Virus record (IMG/VR): IMGVR_UViG_3300011337_000731
Location: 1 to 25,218 of that record
DNA from: a virus
Taxonomy: Duplodnaviria; Caudoviricetes
Length of the DNA stretch: 25,218 nucleotides
Reading direction: 5' to 3' (one strand)
Shown here: positions 7,401 through 17,700 of the stretch, piece by piece
Layout of the letters: every line of letters begins with the position of its first letter
Position numbering within the stretch: position 1 is the first letter of the stretch
Made by a program: the position numbers and the translations under genes
Notes under the pieces: generated by a model
Database searches by the model: none
Seen by the model: the letters and a program-made list of their open reading frames with translations, nothing else
What the model was told of the DNA's origin: nothing

Positions 7401-9517
7401 AGGGCCAGACCCTGCAGGTCCGCGTCGTCGGGGGGATGGAGCAGTCGCTGCCCCAGGCCCCGACCTCCGCCAACCTCATCGACAACTGGGCCGTCGAGCG
7501 CAGCACGCTCGGGCTCAGCTCGCGCGTCGGGTACGAGAAGTACCGGCCCGACCCGGCCGACGGCTTCACGCCCTTCGCCGCGCTCGGCCGGATCGACAGC
7601 CTCTTCGTGATGCAGCAGAGCACGGGCGGCGCCCGGCAGAGCATCCTGTTCGAGAGCGGCGGGGCCCTCTACCTCTACTACGAGGTGGGGCAGGCCAACG
7701 TCATCTTCAACCTCGGCTCGAGGTTCGTGCCCACGGCGACCGACACCGCCTCGGTCTACGCCCAGTACGGGGACCGGGTCGTCATCACCAACGGCTACGA
7801 CAGCCCCATCATCGTCCGGCCCTGGCCGCTGCCCCGGGCGTCCGAGGTCACGCCCGCCCAGCTCGCCTCGCTGTCCCGCCAGCTGGGCTGGTACGGGCCG
7901 CCGCCTCAGCCCAACGCCCTGCGCGTGGCCACAATCGACGCGGGCACCCCGATGGCCTCGACCAACGAGTACACGGGGGACAGCACGAGCAACTGGTATC
8001 CGGCTGCCGGAAAGGCCAGCGTGTTCCCAAACATCTTCGGAATGGGCGCCGAGGAGGCTGGCACCGCGGACGAGAAGAACGTCTTCCAGTTCGCCGTCAG
8101 CTTCATCTCCGACACGGGCAGTGAGAGCCCCCGCTCCACCACGGTCGAGGTGTCGTGGACCATCGAGGCGGGCGACAACAACGTGCGCTACGCGCCGTCG
8201 ATCCGCATCCCGCTGGGCCCGCCTGGCACCGTGGCCCGGCGCATCTACGGCACCCTCAACGGGGAGCGCGAGCTGTACTTCATCGCCGACGTCCGCAACA
8301 ACGTCGAGGAGCTCTACCACTGCGCGCGGCGCGAGGTCAGCTTCAGCGTGCCTGCGCCACAGCTGGTTGACAGCGTCATCTTCCCGGCGCCCAGGGCCCG
8401 GTGCTGCGCCATCTACAAGAGCTGCCTGTGGCTGGACGGCGGGGCAGACGAGGGCAACCGCCTCTACTACAGCCTGCCCACCTTCATCGACCAGTTCGGC
8501 GCGGCCGACTACATCGCCCTGGCCAGCAACGGCGGTGCGGTCACAGGCCTCTTCGCCCATTACAACAACCTGCTGGTCTTCCGTGAGAACGGCATCGACA
8601 TCGTCACCGGCAGCTACCCAGACTTCAGCGTGCAGTCGCTGTCCGAGCAGATCGCCTGCCGCTCGCCGCAGACCATTGACTCGGTGCCGGGCAAGGGCGT
8701 GTTCTTCCTCGCGCTCGACGGCATCTACAGCATCTCCGGCGGGCTCGACGGCGGCTCGACCGTGCGGCTCGAAGAGGTCGGAGCGCCGCTCGGGTCGACG
8801 CTCGGCAAGCTCACCCAGGAGTGCGCCGCCCGGGCGGTCGCCAAGTACAGCCCGTCCGAGAAGGCCTACCACTGCTACTTCCCGGCGAACGGCGACGACC
8901 GCCCCAACCTCGGCGTCGTCTACCACCTCGAGAAGGAGGGGTGGTCGGTGCGGAGCGGGTTCCCCGTCGGCTGCATCGACCGGCTGCACAACGGCACCCT
9001 GGTCTTCGGCCACCACACGGGGAACACGGCGGGCCAGTCCGACCCGTCCGGCCTCTTCGTGCTGTCGAGCATCCGCTCGATGGGCGGCGCCATCGTCGAC
9101 GACGTCTACAAGCCAGGCGACCCGCCCGCCTCGGTCTACGAGTCGGCGTGGCACGACTTCGGCGACGCCCAGGTCAAGAAGCAGGTGCAGTACGTCACCC
9201 TCTGGGTGATGACCACCGGCTCGGTCAAGCTGTACCTGCAGGACTTCAAGGACTTCGAGTACACCCCCAGCGGAGAAGACATCGAGTATGTCGCACAGCC
9301 GCCGGATCAAGAAGAGCAGCCGGTCTACGGCACGGCCATCATCGGGACCGCGGAGTGGCAGGACACGAGGCTCGTGCCCATCCGCATCCCCATCGCGCAG
9401 CAGTCCTGCAGCTGGTTCCGATTCACCCTGCGCACGAAGGACGACCTCGTGCTGGTCGGCTACGAGCTGAGCTACACGGCCCGTGGGACCAACGTCATCG
9501 CCGGGAGGGCGCCGTGA
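7397..9517 (+). CDS. Tail nozzle / packaged-DNA stabilisation protein (tail tubular protein B-like), 706 aa
   Basis: ATGA overlap with the adaptor stop; the ORF-track start at 6341 is a spurious upstream extension. Beta-propeller-like repeats (NRLYYS, GAVTGL...LLVFRENGI, VFFLALDGIY) and C-terminal ESAWHDFGDAQVKKQV typical of P22 gp10/T7 gp12-like proteins. Confidence 0.75.
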   Translation: MKGQTLQVRVVGGMEQSLPQAPTSANLIDNWAVERSTLGLSSRVGYEKYRPDPADGFTPFAALGRIDSLFVMQQSTGGARQSILFESGGALYLYYEVGQANVIFNLGSRFVPTATDTASVYAQYGDRVVITNGYDSPIIVRPWPLPRASEVTPAQLASLSRQLGWYGPPPQPNALRVATIDAGTPMASTNEYTGDSTSNWYPAAGKASVFPNIFGMGAEEAGTADEKNVFQFAVSFISDTGSESPRSTTVEVSWTIEAGDNNVRYAPSIRIPLGPPGTVARRIYGTLNGERELYFIADVRNNVEELYHCARREVSFSVPAPQLVDSVIFPAPRARCCAIYKSCLWLDGGADEGNRLYYSLPTFIDQFGAADYIALASNGGAVTGLFAHYNNLLVFRENGIDIVTGSYPDFSVQSLSEQIACRSPQTIDSVPGKGVFFLALDGIYSISGGLDGGSTVRLEEVGAPLGSTLGKLTQECAARAVAKYSPSEKAYHCYFPANGDDRPNLGVVYHLEKEGWSVRSGFPVGCIDRLHNGTLVFGHHTGNTAGQSDPSGLFVLSSIRSMGGAIVDDVYKPGDPPASVYESAWHDFGDAQVKKQVQYVTLWVMTTGSVKLYLQDFKDFEYTPSGEDIEYVAQPPDQEEQPVYGTAIIGTAEWQDTRLVPIRIPIAQQSCSWFRFTLRTKDDLVLVGYELSYTARGTNVIAGRAP

Positions 9518-10215
9518 AACAGTGGACCCAGCACGACGCCAGGACCTCGCAGACCGCAGAGGCAGGCCAGTTCAACGCGCAGCACCAGGCCTTCCGCGGC
9601 GAGCTCGTCGGGCTGGACCGGTCGCAGCTCCCTGACGGGGCGCTCGCCCAGACCCAGCTCACCACCGCCTGCCTGCACCAGTGCTACCTGTTCAACCCGT
9701 GGAGCACCGGAGTCATCGGGGCAAACGGTGAGCAGACGCGCTACCGCGCCGCGGCGGCCGACACCCGGCCCGAGCAGTGGCGGGCGATCAACTACCGCAA
9801 CTTCGGGTCGGGCTGGTTCACCTGCTTCGAGACCACGCTGCAGCCCTTCAAGGGCGGCAACCTGCTGACCGAGTGGTACGGCAACTGCGCCATCCAGACC
9901 GCGTTCAACGAGACCTACAACACCACCTACGCAGGCGGCAGCCAGACGGGTGCCCCGAACGAGAAGTTCCTCGGGCTGCGGATTCTCTACAACGGGGCCA
10001 TCGTCGCCGAGCGCATCGGCCCTGCCAAGGCGATGGATCACTTCTCGATCTCGGGCTCGCAGCAGATGCCGAGCGGCCCTGTCACCCTGACGCTGCAAGC
10101 CAAGCCTGGGTCTGCGGGCCCTGACGATCCGGTCACCGCGTTCGGGTCGACGCCGCCGCTCATGCAGTGCCACCTCTTCGCGAACCGCGTGTTCGCAATC
10201 GGACGGTTCCGATGA
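9514..10215 (+). CDS. Short tail/virion protein A (233 aa)
   Basis: GTGA overlap with the nozzle stop, GGGAGG upstream; begins MKQWTQHDARTSQTAEAGQFNAQ; beta-rich C-terminus. Confidence 0.7.
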   Translation: MKQWTQHDARTSQTAEAGQFNAQHQAFRGELVGLDRSQLPDGALAQTQLTTACLHQCYLFNPWSTGVIGANGEQTRYRAAAADTRPEQWRAINYRNFGSGWFTCFETTLQPFKGGNLLTEWYGNCAIQTAFNETYNTTYAGGSQTGAPNEKFLGLRILYNGAIVAERIGPAKAMDHFSISGSQQMPSGPVTLTLQAKPGSAGPDDPVTAFGSTPPLMQCHLFANRVFAIGRFR

Positions 10216-11138
10216 GCCGCATTGTCCGCCCTCCGGTTGACGCAGGCCAGGTCATCGACGCGACCACGCTCAACGCCACGTACAACGACTACAACCAGCC
10301 GGGCGCGCTCGATGCCAACAACGTGCGGGACCAGGCCTTCGACCTGCCCCACCTCTCGAGCGTGTCCATCGTCAAGAACAGCGCGACCGCCCTGCTCGGC
10401 GACGCGACCATGCTGCACGCAGGGCCCGCGGTCAACTACCCCTCGTCGGCCGCATCCCCGCCCACCGTGACCCGCGTCGGCAACGCGGCAGGCACCCCCA
10501 CCTTCCTCAACTTCGGAGCGGCCGGCTGGCCCCTCGTCGCAGGGGATGTGCTCCGGGTCTGGTGGAACATGGGGGTCGTCAGCTTCATCGGAATGGCGCC
10601 GCCCACGCCGTACTTGCGCGTCGGCGCCATGGGCCAGTACACGCTGGCGGACAAGGCTGCAGGCCCGAGCCACGTCGTCACGGACGGCTTCCACTGCTGG
10701 CTCGCCTACTTGCAGTGGGACATCACGAGCAACGCCCTGGCCAACTGGGTCGCGGTCAGCGGGCAGATGGACCCAGCGCTCGGCGTGAAGGGCACGGTCA
10801 AGGACGGCTTCGAGCTGGAGCGCCTGTCCGCGGGCACCGTCATCTCGCCCTACCAGGTCACCTCGGACGGCGACGCGCGGGATGGCAAGGTGAGCGCCAC
10901 GCTGCCGACGCACGCGCACGGGTGGTACGCCCCCTACGGCATGTACTGCTTCACCACGAACATTCCGATCACCGTGTACGGCGTGCGCCTCGTCATCACC
11001 GGGCTGCTGCACCCGTTCCTCAACCCGGCGGGCAACCGCGAGAACCTGCTGGTCTACGACTACACGCAGGGTGACGCGCTCTACTTCCTCACCGGCCGGG
11101 GCGGGCGCATGTCCGCTGTCCAGATGCGGAGGGCCTGA
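10212..11138 (+). CDS. Short tail/virion protein B (308 aa)
   Basis: ATGA overlap; begins MSRIVRPPVDAGQVIDATTLNATYND, resembling tail-fibre N-terminal anchor motifs. Confidence 0.7.
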   Translation: MSRIVRPPVDAGQVIDATTLNATYNDYNQPGALDANNVRDQAFDLPHLSSVSIVKNSATALLGDATMLHAGPAVNYPSSAASPPTVTRVGNAAGTPTFLNFGAAGWPLVAGDVLRVWWNMGVVSFIGMAPPTPYLRVGAMGQYTLADKAAGPSHVVTDGFHCWLAYLQWDITSNALANWVAVSGQMDPALGVKGTVKDGFELERLSAGTVISPYQVTSDGDARDGKVSATLPTHAHGWYAPYGMYCFTTNIPITVYGVRLVITGLLHPFLNPAGNRENLLVYDYTQGDALYFLTGRGGRMSAVQMRRA

Positions 11139-11139
11139 C

Positions 11140-11859
11140 ATGGCTTACACCCCACCCAGCGTATTCGCAGCCAACACCCAGCTCTCTGCGGCTGCGGTCA
11201 AGGCCAACGACGACGCGCTCAAGATCTACCTGCACGAGGGGGTCGTCGGCGCGGACCTGCTGTCGGCCGCCTGGGTGCAGACGCGGCACATCCAGCAGCC
11301 CGTCATCGACGCCTTCGCTGGCGTGCAGCACGGGGTCACCGGGTTCCAGGGCAGCCAGTGGGACGGCGGCGCCCTGGTCCGGTGCCAGTTCGGCTCGGCC
11401 TTCCTGACCGGCAAGCGCTACGGGAACACCGACACCGAGAGCTGGGAGGTGGTGCCCCAGACCACGTTCTCGCTGGACCTGCGCCGACAGGCCACGGTCA
11501 TCTTCCACTGGTGGATGGAGTCGGCCAACGGTCCGGACGACGGCGACCGCTCGCTCGGCTCCGACGCCTACATGTGGGTGACGGAATACTCCGCAAGCTC
11601 TCTGCTCTCCGGCACTGGCCTCAAGTCGATCATCCAGCCCTACTCGCAGGAGGTCGTGCAGAGCTATGATGGGTGGCATCCGAGCAATCCTCCGGGCGGC
11701 CCGGCGACTCCCTACTCGATCCTCGGGTGGGGGAACATGAGCGGCGTGAAGGTCTTCACCGCCACCGACAAGCTCGCGGTTGGTCTCGCGCACTTGTCGA
11801 CCATTGACCGCAGCGCGATCCTCAACTGGGGCATCTCGCTCGAGGTCTACTACCTGTGA
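11140..11859 (+). CDS. Short tail/virion protein C (239 aa)
   Basis: GGAGG upstream of ATG 11140; begins MAYTPPSVFAANTQLSAAAVKANDDALKIYL, a fibre-type anchor motif. Confidence 0.7.
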   Translation: MAYTPPSVFAANTQLSAAAVKANDDALKIYLHEGVVGADLLSAAWVQTRHIQQPVIDAFAGVQHGVTGFQGSQWDGGALVRCQFGSAFLTGKRYGNTDTESWEVVPQTTFSLDLRRQATVIFHWWMESANGPDDGDRSLGSDAYMWVTEYSASSLLSGTGLKSIIQPYSQEVVQSYDGWHPSNPPGGPATPYSILGWGNMSGVKVFTATDKLAVGLAHLSTIDRSAILNWGISLEVYYL

Positions 11860-11870
11860 CGAGGTGAACC

Positions 11871-12533
11871 ATGGCTCTCCCCCTCCTGGCCCTGCCCATC
11901 GCGATGGGTGTGGCGTCCGCCGGCGGAGCGGTGGCCCAGGCTGCGGCCGCGCGCAAGCAGGCCGAGGCGCAGATGCCCGAGGCCTACCGGCGTCGGCTGC
12001 AGGGCCTCGAGAAGCGTGAGGCCGAAGGCGAGCTCGGCCTGAGCGAGGCCCAGCGGCGCACCATCGAGTCGACCGGCGCCGCCCAGCGCGCGGGGCAGAT
12101 GGCTGACCTGCAGGCCCGCCAGCTCCAGCAGGCCCAGGCCAACAGCGCCATCTCGGGCCGCGACATCTTCCTGCAGGACCTCGCCTCGCAGGACGCGCAG
12201 AGCAGGTCCTTCGCGCAGCAGCAGAGGGTGCTTGCCGAGGCGGACGCTGCGGCCCTGCGGGAGAACCAGCAGATGCTGCTCGAGCTGCAGCAGAGGCAGG
12301 CGGACGCCGAGGCTGGGCGGAAGATGGCGAACCGGCAGCTCGTCGGAGACCTCTTCGGCGCCGCGGCGACCACCGCCGGCTCCATCTACGGAGCCCAGCA
12401 GATGCAGGCTGGGTACAACCAGCTCGTCGGCGCCGCGGCCGGCAGCCAGCAGATGCGCGACGCCCAGGCTCGGATGTTCCAAGCGCAGATGGCGATGCAG
12501 ATGGCCGGCGCTTACGGCGCCCCCCGGAGGTAG
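11871..12533 (+). CDS. Internal virion / DNA ejection (pilot) protein, small
   Basis: GAGGTG RBS; hydrophobic Gly/Ala N-terminus (MALPLLALPIAMGVASAGGAV), Gln/Ala coiled coil, second Gly/Ala hydrophobic patch; pattern of P22 gp7/T7 gp14-type proteins. Confidence 0.65.
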   Translation: MALPLLALPIAMGVASAGGAVAQAAAARKQAEAQMPEAYRRRLQGLEKREAEGELGLSEAQRRTIESTGAAQRAGQMADLQARQLQQAQANSAISGRDIFLQDLASQDAQSRSFAQQQRVLAEADAAALRENQQMLLELQQRQADAEAGRKMANRQLVGDLFGAAATTAGSIYGAQQMQAGYNQLVGAAAGSQQMRDAQARMFQAQMAMQMAGAYGAPRR

Positions 12534-12536
12534 ACG

Positions 12537-14732
12537 ATGCCCTTGCCGCAGTCGGCCATCCCCGCGTACCAGCCGCGGTCGTTTCTCGTGGGCCAGGGCG
12601 TCAGCGCCAAGGGTCTCGAGCTGTTCTTCCGCTACCACCCTGCCATCGCCAAGACCAAGGCGCTTGAGCTGCTGGTCGAGGACGAGCGATACCTTGCGCT
12701 TGCCGATGCCGAGAAGCGCAAGATCTTGTCCGAGGAGATCAAGCAGATCGACGGGCTGATCGCGCGCTACCGCTCGACTGGCGCAGGCCCCAGCGGGATC
12801 GGCGCGGGGACCGGGGCCGGGGGCGGGGGTGGTGCTCGCGGCTCGTCGCGCGCCGGTGGAGGCGGCCTGCGTGCGGGTTCCGACCTCGACTTCATCGCCG
12901 ACATGTCGAGCAACGAGATCAGGCGCCAGGAGATCGCCACCGAGGCGGGCGCCGCTGCGCTGCGTGCCTACGACAAGCTGGTGGAGATCCCCCGCCCCTA
13001 CGCGCAGTTCGCGGCGGAGCTCCTCGGGAATGAGGACCGCAGCCAGAAGATCGCCCGCATGAAACCGGCCCAGCTTGAGGAGGACATAGAGCTCGCCTTC
13101 CTTGATGCTCAGGAGCGCTTCGGAGCTTCTGCGGTGAGCGAGGACCCTCTGACCCGGCAGGTCGCCGCGACCGACTTCTACTACCAGCTCCGAGCCCGGC
13201 GGCCTGACTTGCTCCCGGCCATCGGCGGCAAGGCGCTGTCGGCTGAGTCTGTCAGCATTATCGAAGCAATCGACCGGATGTACTTGACCGACAACTTCTT
13301 GTTGAAATCGTTCCAGTCCGGACGGGAGCCCCAGGTCGCGCTTGACGCAGAGAAGCAGATCGCCGCCTCGATCTTGCTTGGGCGCGCCAGCCCGCAGGCC
13401 GGCGTCTTTGAGAAGCGCGCTCGCCAGATCATGGAGGGCCTGCCCGCGGAGGCGGTCGACACCGAGGCCAAGCGCTCCGAGGAACAGCGCAAGGCCATGA
13501 ACCAGGCGCGGGCCGAGCTGGGGATCGTCGCTCCGCTTGACGACGCTGAGGCCGCCATGCTGTCCCGCTACACCGAGGCGCTGAGCGACGACGGCAAGGC
13601 CACGCGCGAAGAGCTGGGCGCGGACTACGACGCAGCCAAGGCCGCCTACGACCGCGGCCGCAGGGTGGAGCGCCTGCCCCGCGGCGCCGAGGTCTACTAC
13701 GACGACACCTACCTCGAGCTGCTCGGCCGGCGGGCGTCCCTCTCCCAGCAGGCGCGAGCCGGGCAGGAGCGCGAGGGCACCCCCATCCAGCGTGCGGCTC
13801 GTCGGGCGGAGGGCCTGCCCGAGGTGCCCCGCGAGGCCTACGAAGCTGCGGCCGCCGTGTCCCCGCTGGCTGCGGAGAGCCTGCCCTACGCCATGCGGCG
13901 GTTCACCAAGGCCGGCGGCAAGATCGAGCCTGAGTCCTCGGTCGAGCGCAACGCCCAGCGGATCATCTCCGCGGACCCGGCCAAGCGCCCCGCCTTTGTC
14001 GACTTCGTCGCCCAGGTCAACAAGATGTACCCGGACGACGCAGACGCCCGGCGCGAGGCCTTCGCCTACTACGGCGCCTACAACCAGGGCCGCGACCTGC
14101 AGACGGAGACCTTCAACCCAGACGTGCTGGCCGGTAAACCTCCGGCGCCTGCCGCGCCCCCGGCTGTCCCCGATGTGGGCGAGCTGGACGCGCAGGCTGC
14201 GGACGAGCAGCTGCGCCAGACGCGCATGCAGATGGCCCTGGCTGCGCAGAGGGAGGCAGCCAGTCAAGGAGCCGGGGCACCGCTCGCGCAGCGGCCCCCT
14301 CTCGTGGACGCAGCGGGGGCTGCGGGTGCCGGCCTGTCGCCCGGCGGCATGCCTCCGAGCTCTCCGCTGCAGCCGATGCCCATGCAGGTGGACCCGTCTC
14401 GCAGCTTCTCGACCCGCGGCTTGTTCGAGGGTGAGCTTGCGGGCAGCGGCTTTGAGTTCGGCCAGATGGCTGCTCGAGATCCGCTTGCCACCTACCCCTC
14501 GCTCTACGGGCCCGCGATGGGTCGGAGCGGCGTGGCATCCCAGGCTGCCCGGGCTGCCGGGATGGGTGGGCCCACGTTTGGCGCACCTCCTCCGGCTCTC
14601 GCCCCGGTCACCGAAGAGGACCTCGTGTTTGGTGGAGGCGTGCTCCCTACTCGCGATGAGGAGCTGGAGCGTATGCGCCAAGAGCTGGTTCGGCAGCGAG
14701 CTTTCCAAGATCTTCGCGGGGGTATGCAGTAA
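12537..14732 (+). CDS. Internal virion / ejection protein, medium (731 aa)
   Basis: GGAGG RBS; Ala/Glu/Arg-rich helical protein with a Gly linker and Pro-rich tail; second of three genes in the ejection-protein position. Confidence 0.55.
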   Translation: MPLPQSAIPAYQPRSFLVGQGVSAKGLELFFRYHPAIAKTKALELLVEDERYLALADAEKRKILSEEIKQIDGLIARYRSTGAGPSGIGAGTGAGGGGGARGSSRAGGGGLRAGSDLDFIADMSSNEIRRQEIATEAGAAALRAYDKLVEIPRPYAQFAAELLGNEDRSQKIARMKPAQLEEDIELAFLDAQERFGASAVSEDPLTRQVAATDFYYQLRARRPDLLPAIGGKALSAESVSIIEAIDRMYLTDNFLLKSFQSGREPQVALDAEKQIAASILLGRASPQAGVFEKRARQIMEGLPAEAVDTEAKRSEEQRKAMNQARAELGIVAPLDDAEAAMLSRYTEALSDDGKATREELGADYDAAKAAYDRGRRVERLPRGAEVYYDDTYLELLGRRASLSQQARAGQEREGTPIQRAARRAEGLPEVPREAYEAAAAVSPLAAESLPYAMRRFTKAGGKIEPESSVERNAQRIISADPAKRPAFVDFVAQVNKMYPDDADARREAFAYYGAYNQGRDLQTETFNPDVLAGKPPAPAAPPAVPDVGELDAQAADEQLRQTRMQMALAAQREAASQGAGAPLAQRPPLVDAAGAAGAGLSPGGMPPSSPLQPMPMQVDPSRSFSTRGLFEGELAGSGFEFGQMAARDPLATYPSLYGPAMGRSGVASQAARAAGMGGPTFGAPPPALAPVTEEDLVFGGGVLPTRDEELERMRQELVRQRAFQDLRGGMQ

Positions 14733-17700
14733 TGGATCGAGATCATGCCCTCCGGCTGGCTGACCGCTACGAGAAGCTGGGGAGGAGCGCAGACGCGGCT
14801 GCGCTGCGCGCCAAGGCGGCTGCGATGGGGGCCCCCGCTGCGCCCGCTGCGCCCGCTGCGCCCGCTGCGCCCGCTGCGCCTGCTGCGCCTGCCACTCGCC
14901 CCCTGCAGATCGCCCCGCCTGCGCCTGTCGAGGAGGAGGCTGCGGTCGAGTTCATCCCGCCCGAGGAGCAGGACGCAGCCCAGCAGGAGTTCGAGGCCAG
15001 GCTGCGCGACGACTACGCGCGCGGCACCATCAGCGCCGAGGCCTTGCAGGAGGGCACCGGCTACACGGTCAGCGACGAAGAGCTGCAGGCCTTGCGCGCG
15101 CCCAGTGCGCCCGGCATGGAGGTCGAGCCGCCGCCCCAGCGCGTGCGGATCGTGGTGCCCTACGGCAGCGAGATGGTGCCCGAGGCCCCGGCTCCCGCTG
15201 CTGCCGAAGGTCTCTACGAGTCGGGTGTCCCGGTCTACGGCCGCCCGGTTGACGAGCCGCAGATGGCGTCGGAGCTGCGGACGCGGCTGGATCAGATGGA
15301 GTCCGATCTCATCCGCCAGTACATCGCCTACGGCTACACCGTAGAGGCGGCCCGCAAGGCGGCGCGCGACGCGTCGACCGAGGTGCTGCAGCGCAGGGTG
15401 TCGCCCGAGGGCGAGCCCACGACTCGAGGCGAGGGTGGCCTGGGCTCGATGCTGCCGGTCCCGCCGTTCTTCCGGGAGTCGCGCATCGACTTCCGCAACG
15501 ACCCCGAGACCTACATCGAGCCGGACGGAACGCGGCGCCCTGCGACCTCGTTCGAGAAGATGACCGAGACCTTCGCTCGCCAGCAGGTCGTGACCCCGGA
15601 GCTGGCTGCGCGGGCCCGGCAGACCCGGGCGCTGCAGCGGGAGCTGGCCTTCCGCGACATCCCTGGCTCGCTGCTCTACACCGACGAGTACGCCGAGGAG
15701 GTGCGCCGCCAGATCGTGGAGGCCACCGACCCGTACCTGTCCGGCGTGCTGTCCGAGGTTGACCCCGGCACCGGCGTGGGGATCGAGACCCCGCTCGGCG
15801 CGGTCATCCGGCAGACGGGCATCATCTCGACCGCGGTCAACGAGGCCGTGCTCGGGCTGCCCCTGTTCTACGACGTCGATGACGACGGCAATCCGCTCGA
15901 CACCAACCAGTTCGCGTTCAAGGTCAACGACTTCCTCACCCGCTCGCTGGAGCGGATGGGTATGAGCGGCGAGGACGCGCGCGACCTGACCTCGGGGATC
16001 ATCGGCGGCTCGGCTGTCCCGACCGGCATCCCGGTCCCGTTCCAGGGGATCAACCGCAAGGGCAACACGATCATCGACCCCATCGGCATGCGCTCCGCCA
16101 GCGAGACCGAGACCTACCTGGGCGACGTGGTGACGTCGCTGGCCAAGGGCCGGTTCCTCGGCGACGAGCTCTACGCGCTGCCCGCCTACACCCAGGAGCT
16201 GGCCACCGGTGCGTTCCAAACCCTGGACCCTGGCACCGGGCAGCGCCTGCAGGACGTGGACGAGTCGGCCATCGGCCAGGCCGCGCTGTTCTACCCGATG
16301 ATCTTGGGTGCTGGCGCCGAGATGATCTACGGCATCGGGCCGATCTCCGCCATCAGCAAGGGGGCCCGCGTCACCGGGACCGCCGCGAAGGCTGGCGCGC
16401 TGGCTGGCGCGAAGACGGCTCAGGCCGCCAACCTCCTGCGCACCGCCGAGGCGCTGAAGACTGGCGCGCGGGCTGCGGACTTCGTGGCCCACCCGGTCGA
16501 GCACAGCAAGAAGGTGCGCCTCATCCGTGCAGCGCAAGACCTGCTCGACGATGCTCAGGTCCAGAAGCCCGTCCTCGACGTGCTGATGGACCGGGCTGAG
16601 ATCAAGACCGTCGTGTCCGAGACGATCGCCAAGGACGTGCTCGCCCCCTACCTCATCAGCCACCTCATCGAGACGCGGCCTGCAGGTGGCACGATCACGG
16701 TGGGTGATCTGCGCGCGATGGCAGGCGACTCGGCATCGGGCCGGGAGTTCCTCCGCCAGATGGGCGTGCAGGACTTCGTGCCCGACTCCGCAGCCTGGGG
16801 TGTGGGCGGCCGCACCCCCGACGCCTACCGCAATGCCCTGCTCCAGTACCGGGTCTCGGCCTACCGACCGGCCATCGAGGCCATCGTGCGGGCCGGCGGC
16901 TCCGAAGAGGACCAGGCCGCCCGCATCTACGACCTGCTGTCCGACCCCGGCGTCGACCCGCTGTCGGGCAAGACCGTGGCTGAGCGGGCTGCGTTCGCCC
17001 GCATGAACCCGGGTCTGGTGCAGGGCGGCGTGCTGGCTGACCTGCAGCGCGTCGCCGAGGGGGCGCCTGGGCAGACGCTGCAGCAGGTGCTCGCCAAGCT
17101 GCAGTACAACCCGAAGTACCTCGCCATCTCCCAGGATGCTCCTGCCATGCAGAGCCTCCATGCGTTCGGCGAGGCCCTCTCGCGCGGCATGCCGCGGCAG
17201 GGCCCGGTGGCGGAGAGCTTTGCCCGCCGGCTGGGCGGAGAGCTCTACGAGGTCGAGACCGACGTGGCGGCCGGCGTGCAGACGCGCACGGTGCCCGACC
17301 CAGCGCTGTTGCGTGAGGCGGCCATCGGAGCGGGTGGCCGGACTGTGGCCAACACGCTCGAGAACCTCGTGCCTGAGGACCTTGTGCTCGTCACCGATGG
17401 GCTGATGGTGCCCCGCCAGCGGCTCACGACCGAGGTCCTCGACGAGGTGGGCCGCGTCTACGGCGACTACGCCCGGGCGCCGGGTCCGCTGTCTGTCGCT
17501 GAGGTGGGGCCGCAGGTCAACGGCGTCCCGACGATGGTCTACCGCTGGAACATCGACCCGCAGTTTGTTCGCGACGAGATCTTCGGGGTCAACACGATCT
17601 CCCGCTCGCCGATCCGCACCGCTGTCCTGGACGCGCTGACCGAAGGGCGCCCGCTGACCGAGGCGGAGCACCACCACCTGGCTGACGCCGCGCTGGCCGC

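Noticed and set aside
15868-15900. DVDDDG in the giant protein as a virion RNA polymerase DxDxD catalytic motif
   Set aside because: Lacks the NADFDGD/DFDID-type context and any other polymerase motif; at most a Dx[DN]xDG calcium-binding-like loop.
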